From assembly GCA_934339005.1 (NCBI GenBank), contig CAKRHR010000002.1, forward strand, positions 41,675 through 105,674: a stretch of DNA of 64,000 nucleotides. The letters are read 5' to 3'. Position 1 is the stretch's first letter; every line of letters starts with the position of its first letter. The translations under genes and the position numbers were made by a program. This DNA is from an uncultured Catenibacillus sp. GTDB taxonomy: Bacteria; Bacillota; Clostridia; Lachnospirales; Lachnospiraceae. The notes under the pieces were generated by a model. The model had not been told where the DNA came from. It saw only the letters and a list, made by a program, of their open reading frames with translations, and searched no databases. Positions 47,565 through 54,424 of this stretch are shown piece after piece.

Positions 47565-49274
47565 ATGAAAAGAAAAGTTCTTCATAAGAAAAATATATTG
47601 ATATTTTTGTCAATGTTTATTCTGGCAGCAGTTTGTCTGTATCATATTGTAGACTTATATGGTCCTGTGGTTATGCCGGATGAAATGGGATATTGGGCAG
47701 TAGGAGCATTTATTTCAGGAAAAGATTGGTCTGGTGTAATGCAAAATGCACCATATTATGCTTATGGATATGGTATATTATTAGCTCCTCTATTTTTATT
47801 AAATAATCCAGTGTTGGCATTTAGAATGGCAATTTTATTAAATATTGTTTTTCTTGAAATAATATATTTGATTATTATAAAAATATGTTATAAAGTGTGG
47901 CCTCAAGTGTCACCTAATTATATATGTATAATTGCTTTTGCTGCATGTGTGTATCCATTTAATACTTTTTCGGCGCAAACAACGAATGCAGAACTGCCGA
48001 TGGTATTTCTGTTTGTATTGCTTGTATATACATTTGTTCAATATTTGTATAAAAACAATTTTATATATTTGTTTTTTGCAGGAATTTTATCTGCTTTAAT
48101 GATGGCATTTCATTTAAGAAATATTGGGATTATATTAGCTTTGGCATGTGTAATTTTGCTAAGACTATTTATGCGTGGCATGAGTTGGAAACAATTTGTT
48201 GGGGTAAGTATTTCGGTTATATGTGTGCTTGCTATCGTTTTATTATTTAAAGAGTATTTTTCTGATCATATATATACATCGTCAGAGATTCTTGCTAAAA
48301 ATGATTTTTCAGGACAGACAAGTAAAATTACGAAGTTATTTTCTGTGTATGGTATTAGACAATTATGCACTAATATAATGGGTCGTTTGTTCTATTTAGG
48401 ATGTTCTTCTTTTTTTGTAGTTTATTATGGTATATACACTATAATAAAATCAATTTGTAGTAGTATACATAAAAAAAATTATGATTTTAAATTCTATTTA
48501 TTAATTTTTATTTTGTTAGTATTTGTTTTTGAAGTAGGGATTAGTTCAGTATCAATGATCGATTCCTATCGTATAGATAATGTTTTATACGGAAGATATT
48601 CGGAACATGTTATAATACCTATTCTGGTAATTGGTCTTTTAGCATTATGGAATCGTAAAATAAAATACATAACGTTTACAATATTCATAGGAATACATAT
48701 ACTTATGACTACGGTTATGTATGCCTTTTTCAAAATTAAAGATTTAACACCACCGTCAGGTTATTCTATAGTAAGTTTTTTTGGATGGGATTTCCCAGAT
48801 GCATTTTCAGATGCATTTAAATACTCTGTTGGATATGGTTTGGTTGGTATGTTGATAGCTGTTTTGATTTATATTATTTCCGTGCTTCAAAAAAAAGCTT
48901 TATTTATAGCAATATCGAGTGCGTGGATTGTGACGACATTATCATCTGTAAATCAATTACTGTGCAGTGAACAAGAATTGAAACTAGGGTTTTCTGTGAT
49001 TATTCCAAAGATACAACAGATAGGAGATGCAAAAGAAATATATTATATAACAGATGAAGATGATGAGAATACATCTGTCTACTGGCACTTGTATAAGTTT
49101 CAATTTTTTGTTCCGGATTCAAGGATACATGTAGTTGACAAGATCGAATTGGAAAATATTCCGGAAAACAGCATTATTATGGTTCAACATTCTTCTGCAG
49201 CATTAGATGAAGTAAAAAGTAGATATACGCCTTTAATGGATGAAAGTGTTTTTGTTGTATTTTTGAGCAATTAG
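47565..49274 (+). CDS. Polytopic membrane protein (569 aa), GT-C-like glycosyltransferase or polymerase candidate
   Basis: ..VVMPDEMGYWAVGA.. acidic motif right after TM1. About 13 TM segments and a soluble C-terminus of about 110 aa. Family not recognised. Confidence 0.45.
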   Translation: MKRKVLHKKNILIFLSMFILAAVCLYHIVDLYGPVVMPDEMGYWAVGAFISGKDWSGVMQNAPYYAYGYGILLAPLFLLNNPVLAFRMAILLNIVFLEIIYLIIIKICYKVWPQVSPNYICIIAFAACVYPFNTFSAQTTNAELPMVFLFVLLVYTFVQYLYKNNFIYLFFAGILSALMMAFHLRNIGIILALACVILLRLFMRGMSWKQFVGVSISVICVLAIVLLFKEYFSDHIYTSSEILAKNDFSGQTSKITKLFSVYGIRQLCTNIMGRLFYLGCSSFFVVYYGIYTIIKSICSSIHKKNYDFKFYLLIFILLVFVFEVGISSVSMIDSYRIDNVLYGRYSEHVIIPILVIGLLALWNRKIKYITFTIFIGIHILMTTVMYAFFKIKDLTPPSGYSIVSFFGWDFPDAFSDAFKYSVGYGLVGMLIAVLIYIISVLQKKALFIAISSAWIVTTLSSVNQLLCSEQELKLGFSVIIPKIQQIGDAKEIYYITDEDDENTSVYWHLYKFQFFVPDSRIHVVDKIELENIPENSIIMVQHSSAALDEVKSRYTPLMDESVFVVFLSN

Positions 49275-49322
49275 CCACAATAATTTAATTATATAAAAGA
49301 TAGTATTTAGAGGATTTTATTT

Positions 49323-50267
49323 ATGATTATTAGCAAAGAAAAATCGAATTATATGAAAGCTATAGCAATTCTAATGGTTATAGGTGAAAATCTTATCAAT
49401 AGATATTTTAAAACTGGTGAATTTTTATGTAATATCATGGGAACTGGTGGAGTGGCTATATTTTTAATCTTATCGGGATATGGGATTACTGTGTCATATA
49501 ATCAAAAAGGGATTACAAAATATTATTGGCTGAACAAAATAAATAAGATATTTATTCCTTATTGGGGAATAACTATGGTATATATAATATTCAAAAATAT
49601 ATGGGATATTGAGATAATACTAAAAAATATGCTATTTATCGATTATGATAGAAATATTGATGGTACTATGTGGTATTTATCTTTTGCTGTACTATGGTAT
49701 TTGATTTTTTGGTGTATTTTTATACTAGATATTAATATTAGTATAAAAATAATATGTCTTTGTGTTGTTTCAGTATTTTTTTTCAAAAATCCTTTTTTAT
49801 ATTGGGGTACATGTGCTTGGCAATTTAAGAATAATGCATTTTCTTTTGTTATAGGTGTAATTTTAGCAACATTAGAAAATAGCAAAAAAGGATCAAGGTT
49901 TATCAGTATTATAAAAAATAAGATTATAAAAATATTTATTGCTATATTAAGTTTACTGATACTGATTTTGTTTATTCAGAAACAGATAGATATTTTCCAG
50001 ATAAGTGGAATAGCTGTATTTGTGCTTCTTTTACTGATGGTTCCTTACATAAAAATTACATTTAAAAAATTAGAAGTAATTGGTCTATGCTCATATTATC
50101 TCTATCTTATTGAAGGAAAATGGTTTGAAGTTGTTGATGTAGTTAGTAATCAAATAAATATAGAAAATAGATATATACAAGTATTAGTATATATTTGTTC
50201 TTTAGGAGTAGTAATAGGTATCATAAAACTATATAAAAATAAAATAAAAAAATTCGGAAAGGGATAA
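49323..50267 (+). CDS. Acyltransferase-3 (OafA/WecH-like) family membrane protein, short or atypical
   Basis: About nine or ten TM segments. N-terminus ..NYMKAIAILMVIGEN.. resembles the R/K-x-(I/A)-A-I-L-x-V motif of AT3 O-acyltransferases. Confidence 0.5.
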   Translation: MIISKEKSNYMKAIAILMVIGENLINRYFKTGEFLCNIMGTGGVAIFLILSGYGITVSYNQKGITKYYWLNKINKIFIPYWGITMVYIIFKNIWDIEIILKNMLFIDYDRNIDGTMWYLSFAVLWYLIFWCIFILDINISIKIICLCVVSVFFFKNPFLYWGTCAWQFKNNAFSFVIGVILATLENSKKGSRFISIIKNKIIKIFIAILSLLILILFIQKQIDIFQISGIAVFVLLLLMVPYIKITFKKLEVIGLCSYYLYLIEGKWFEVVDVVSNQINIENRYIQVLVYICSLGVVIGIIKLYKNKIKKFGKG

Positions 50268-50351
50268 AAAAGTTTTATTGTTATGAAAAAAGAAGTAAGC
50301 ATCTGAGAATGGTGAAACAGCAAGAAATTCTTAAAAAAATAAGTAATACAA

Positions 50352-50379
50352 TTGAAAATTGAATGCAGAGTAGTATAAT
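50352..50379 (+). promoter_or_regulatory. Sigma-A-type promoter candidate (TTGAAA-16 nt-TATAAT) for the CAP/DUF4214 gene
   Basis: TTGAAA at 50352-50357 and TATAAT at 50374-50379, 58 nt upstream of ATG 50437. Confidence 0.55.
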
Positions 50380-50436
50380 TATTTGTGTCAACAAGTTGAG
50401 TATACATTGTATACAAGAAAGGGGTATATTTTTATT

Positions 50437-52203
50437 ATGAAAAAACTGAAACGTTTGTGGAAATCTATTCCTGCGATTGCATTAGCTGTTGTGTTGGCTG
50501 TGCCATCATATGCGACTGTGCCAGTTGGTGAAAGTACAGAGAATGACATCCAGGAAAGTGAGAGTGTTTTCGAAAGCAGTGCTGATGAATCAGAAGAAAC
50601 AGAAGAAAATACTTCTGAAGAATCTGAAGAAAGTAAAATCGAAAATGCACCGGAGAGTGAAGAAGAAAAAGAATTTGAGGAAGTCAAGTCTGAAGAAACA
50701 ACAGGTATTGACGATGCATTTTCAACAGGAGATTCAAGTAATACTGCCGATGCGATTGGTGATCCTTCGCAAGTTATGGCAAAAGCAAAGCAATTGACTG
50801 AGAATATCATGAATGCGATGCCTGCCACATATGATTTGAATCAAAATGATATTCTTTCTCTTCAAATGTATGAAACGATAGTTGTCAATATAATTCGTTT
50901 AAATAATGGTGTAGAACCGTTAGCTTTGGCTCCGGATATTGTATCAGAAGCAGCAATGGTACGTGCGACTGAATGCAGAACACGTTTTGATCATACACGT
51001 CCGGATGGAAGATCTTGTGATACAGCACTTGATGATATTGATCCAAGTATCTATTGGGGCTATGTCGGTGAAAATATAGCCTATGGATTTATGACAGTCG
51101 ATGATGTCATTGAAGGCTGGTGGAATAGTGAGGGACATCGGCGAAATATGTTGGATTCAGATTTTCAGACGATTGGCGTAGGATTTGATGTATCGGGTTA
51201 TCCATATACATGGACGCAGTTTTTTACAGGTGCTACAGGTCAGATTGGTGTCAGCAAAATGCAGCTTGTGAATATGTCTGATACATATCAGCTTGGTACA
51301 GATCTTGAGCAACAGGGTATTTATGTTTATGTCGAGTATGAAAATGGTGTTGAGGGCATTGTTCCGGTTCTGAATGAGATGATTGAAGGATATAACCCAA
51401 ATCAGAAGGGAAAACAGACAATCAAGATTAATTGTCAGGGATATGAAGCGACGGTTTCTGTCACATTAGATGATTATGTGAAAAAGTTTGTTGAGCGTCT
51501 CTATACACAGGTACTTGGACGTGACGCAGATCCTTCAGGACTTGAGGCATGGTCTAACGTATTAAAGAATAAAACAGAAAACGGTGCTAAAGTTGCGCAG
51601 GGCTTTATTGACAGTACAGAATTTAAATCAAGATCACTTTCAGACGAAGATTATATCCGTATTTTATACCGTACATTTTTAGACCGTGAAGCAGATGCGT
51701 CAGGACTTGCTGCATGGAAGAGTGTATTAGACAGCGGTCTTTCAAGACTTCATGTATTTAAAGGCTTTGCAGAATCCCAGGAATTTACAGAAATCTGTGA
51801 AAGATATGGTATTGAGCGAGGTAATGCTGAGCTGACAGCACCAAGAGATCAGAATGAAGGTGTTACAAAGTTTGTTGTCAGATGTTACAGACTCTGCCTT
51901 GGCAGAGATGCCGATGAAAGCGGTTTAAATGGCTGGTGCAACGCAATCCTTACAGGTAAGAATACAGCAAAACAGGCTGCAGCAGGTTTTGTATTCTCAG
52001 ACGAATTTAAAAAGAAAAACCTGTCCGATACAGAATACGTTAAGACATTATATCGAGTATTTATGGACAGAGAAGCCGATGGTGCAGGATTAAATGCCTG
52101 GGTTAAAGTTTTAAGAAGTGGCAAGAGCAGAGAACATGTCTTTAATGGATTTGCAGATTCTAATGAATTTAGAGAAATCTGCGCACGCTACGGAATCAAA
52201 TGA
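50437..52203 (+). CDS. Secreted CAP/SCP (YkwD-like) domain protein with an Ig-like domain and a C-terminal four-repeat DUF4214-type module
   Basis: Signal peptide MKKLKRLWKSIPAIALAVVLAVPSYA. E/S-rich linker. CAP block (..RATECRTRFDHTRPDG.., GENIAYGF, EGWWNSEGHRRNML). Four LY..(L/M).R.AD..GL..W repeats from about 51487. Confidence 0.85.
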   Translation: MKKLKRLWKSIPAIALAVVLAVPSYATVPVGESTENDIQESESVFESSADESEETEENTSEESEESKIENAPESEEEKEFEEVKSEETTGIDDAFSTGDSSNTADAIGDPSQVMAKAKQLTENIMNAMPATYDLNQNDILSLQMYETIVVNIIRLNNGVEPLALAPDIVSEAAMVRATECRTRFDHTRPDGRSCDTALDDIDPSIYWGYVGENIAYGFMTVDDVIEGWWNSEGHRRNMLDSDFQTIGVGFDVSGYPYTWTQFFTGATGQIGVSKMQLVNMSDTYQLGTDLEQQGIYVYVEYENGVEGIVPVLNEMIEGYNPNQKGKQTIKINCQGYEATVSVTLDDYVKKFVERLYTQVLGRDADPSGLEAWSNVLKNKTENGAKVAQGFIDSTEFKSRSLSDEDYIRILYRTFLDREADASGLAAWKSVLDSGLSRLHVFKGFAESQEFTEICERYGIERGNAELTAPRDQNEGVTKFVVRCYRLCLGRDADESGLNGWCNAILTGKNTAKQAAAGFVFSDEFKKKNLSDTEYVKTLYRVFMDREADGAGLNAWVKVLRSGKSREHVFNGFADSNEFREICARYGIK

Positions 52204-52268
52204 TTTTAATATTATAAAAATTTCATAGTCATTTAACATAATTTATTGTATAATTAATTATGCGCACA

Positions 52269-52309
52269 AAGGGAAACAAGTGATGCTAAGCGTAACATTT
52301 GTTTCCCTT
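52269..52309 (+). terminator. Probable terminator hairpin after the CAP/DUF4214 gene
   Basis: 11-bp stem AAGGGAAACAA / TTGTTTCCCTT with a 19-nt loop. The U-tract is weak (GTGTTATAT). Confidence 0.4.
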
Positions 52310-52365
52310 GTGTTATATAGAGAGTAAGTGCTCACTTTAAAAAAGTAAGAAGGGGTGTGCAGTGG

Positions 52366-54066
52366 ATGTCAAAGATGTTGAAATTACCGATAGGTATTGA
52401 AAATTTTCAAGAGATGCGGCAATCTGGATTTTATTATGTTGATAAGACAAAATTGATTGAACAGTTGCTTGAACGATGGGGCAAAGTAAATCTTTTTACC
52501 AGACCCCGGAGATTTGGAAAGACTTTAAATATGAGCATGCTTCGATATTTTTTTGAAATTGATACAGATAAAAAGCTGTTTGATGGTTTATATATTTCAT
52601 ATAATGAAAAGCTTTGTGAAGAATATATGGGAAAATATCCTGTTATTTTTATTTCTTTAAAAAATGTTGAAGGTTTGTCTTTTGAGGAAGCACAGTATCA
52701 GTTGGTTGAATTGATTGGTATGGAGGCAGAACGTTTTCATTTTATATTAGAGAAAGAAAGATTGACCGATAATGAAAAGAAGAAATATCGTGCTTTAATA
52801 GAATTGCAGCACGGGAAATATTCTATGGATAAAGACATGCTCATTTCATCATTACAGGTTTTATCACAGCTTTTATATAAATTTTATGGAGAAAAAGTAA
52901 TCTTATTAATAGATGAGTACGATGTACCTTTGGATAAAGCTTTCCAGCATGGCTATTACAAGGAAATGGTTGCGTTGATCCGTGCATTATTTGGAAAAGT
53001 ACTGAAAACAAATGATTTTCTGCAGTTTGCAGTACTGACAGGATGTTTGCGCGTTTCAAAAGAAAGCATATTTACAGGACTTAACAATTTTAAGGTGCTT
53101 TCTATTACGGATGTACGGTTTGATGAACAATTTGGATTTACAGAAGAAGAAGTGAAAAAACTTCTGGAATCATATCATATGGAATCACATCTGGCAGAAA
53201 TGAAAAAATGGTATGACGGTTATCATTTTGGGGATACAGATGTGTATTGTCCGTGGGATGTGCTTAATCATGTAGATTGTCTTTGTGATGATCCGCAGGC
53301 ACATCCACAGTCGTATTGGATTAATACGAGTGGAAATGATTTAGTAAAGCGTTTTATTAATAAAGCTGATAAAAAAACAAAAGATGAAATAGAACGACTC
53401 GTTGCCGGTGAGATAATTGAAAAGCCTGTTCGTTTGGATTTGACCTATGATGAAATAGATCATCGTATAGATAATCTGTGGAGTGTGTTATTTACAACCG
53501 GATATCTTACACAGGATGGAATGTCGGAGAATGGTGTGTACAAATTAAAAATTCCTAATGAAGAAGTTAAGGAAGTTTATATGTATCAAATACAGGAATG
53601 GTTTAAAAATGTAGTACTGGGGGATACAGAACAGTTAACAGTTTTCTGGAAAGCGTTTGAAAGTGGAAATGCTGGATATGTTGAACAATATCTGGTTAGA
53701 GTACTGAATCAGACGATAAGCGTGTTTGATACGAAGGGACAAGCGTTAGAAAAAGAAAATGTTTATCACACGTTTTTGTTGGGTCTTTTGTCAGGTAATG
53801 CTAATTGGTTAGTTAAATCCAATATTGAATCAGGGGATGGATTTGCTGATATCATTATAGAAACAGAGCAGCCTGATTCTGGAATGATTATTGAACTGAA
53901 ATATTCCAAATCATTTTCTGGATTAGAAAAGTCTTGTAAAGATGCGATCGCCCAGGTCAGAAATCGCAGATATGATACTTATCTTAAGAATGATGGGCGT
54001 CAGAATATATTAGTGTATGGCATAGCTTTTTGCAAGAAAAAGTGTAAAGTGATGATTGAGGAATAA
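52366..54066 (+). CDS. AAA-ATPase-like (PF09820-type) plus C-terminal PD-(D/E)XK (PDDEXK_9-type) protein, function unknown
   Basis: N-terminus ..KLPIGIENFQEMRQSGFYYVDKTKLIEQLL....NLFTRPRRFGKTL. C-terminal ..GDGFADIIIE...(8)..IIELKYS (D..E.K). ATG 52366 lies 10 nt after AAGGGG; the in-frame GTG 52357 is less likely. Confidence 0.8.
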   Translation: MSKMLKLPIGIENFQEMRQSGFYYVDKTKLIEQLLERWGKVNLFTRPRRFGKTLNMSMLRYFFEIDTDKKLFDGLYISYNEKLCEEYMGKYPVIFISLKNVEGLSFEEAQYQLVELIGMEAERFHFILEKERLTDNEKKKYRALIELQHGKYSMDKDMLISSLQVLSQLLYKFYGEKVILLIDEYDVPLDKAFQHGYYKEMVALIRALFGKVLKTNDFLQFAVLTGCLRVSKESIFTGLNNFKVLSITDVRFDEQFGFTEEEVKKLLESYHMESHLAEMKKWYDGYHFGDTDVYCPWDVLNHVDCLCDDPQAHPQSYWINTSGNDLVKRFINKADKKTKDEIERLVAGEIIEKPVRLDLTYDEIDHRIDNLWSVLFTTGYLTQDGMSENGVYKLKIPNEEVKEVYMYQIQEWFKNVVLGDTEQLTVFWKAFESGNAGYVEQYLVRVLNQTISVFDTKGQALEKENVYHTFLLGLLSGNANWLVKSNIESGDGFADIIIETEQPDSGMIIELKYSKSFSGLEKSCKDAIAQVRNRRYDTYLKNDGRQNILVYGIAFCKKKCKVMIEE

Positions 54067-54141
54067 CTCTTTCAAAGGCGCGTGCTATGAGATTGACACC
54101 ATGCAGAAATTGCTATCATTAATTGAATAAGAAATTAAAAT

Positions 54142-54192
54142 AAATGTCAGTAACACGATGATTAATATGTGTTTCTGGCATTTATTTTTTTG
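54142..54192 (+). terminator. Probable intrinsic terminator
   Basis: AAATGTCAG ... CTGGCATTT stem (one mismatch) followed by ATTTTTTT. Confidence 0.5.
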
Positions 54193-54424
54193 GTTAATAT
54201 AAAATGCAGTTATTTAGGCAACTTGCATAAAAATTTTAAAAATTAATGATAGATATAATATGATATATTGAATATGAATAACGTATATGATACAATAAAT
54301 GCGTTAGTAACATACATAATTAGATGTATCTTATATGAAAAGCATCAGATTTTAATTAATCATATTAACGGCATCATAGTACTGAGGCGAAGATTATCAT
54401 ATAAGATTCAGAGGGAGTGGGAAG

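Noticed and set aside
37805-48896. Many A8/T8 homopolymer tracts inside glycan-locus coding sequences (for example 37805-37812, 39019-39026, 42266-42273, 42442-42449, 43134-43141, 48889-48896), considered as slipped-strand phase-variation switches.
   Set aside because: All are in frame as assembled. Such tracts are expected by chance in DNA of about 20-28% GC, and lysine/phenylalanine codon runs explain them. Only read-level length heterogeneity could revive the idea.
50388-50828. 146-aa antisense ORF and several short sense or antisense ORFs in the acidic-linker region of the CAP/DUF4214 gene.
   Set aside because: They arise from GAA/GAT-rich low-complexity coding sequence (the E/S linker). 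Their Ser/Phe-rich translations are the mirror image of that bias.
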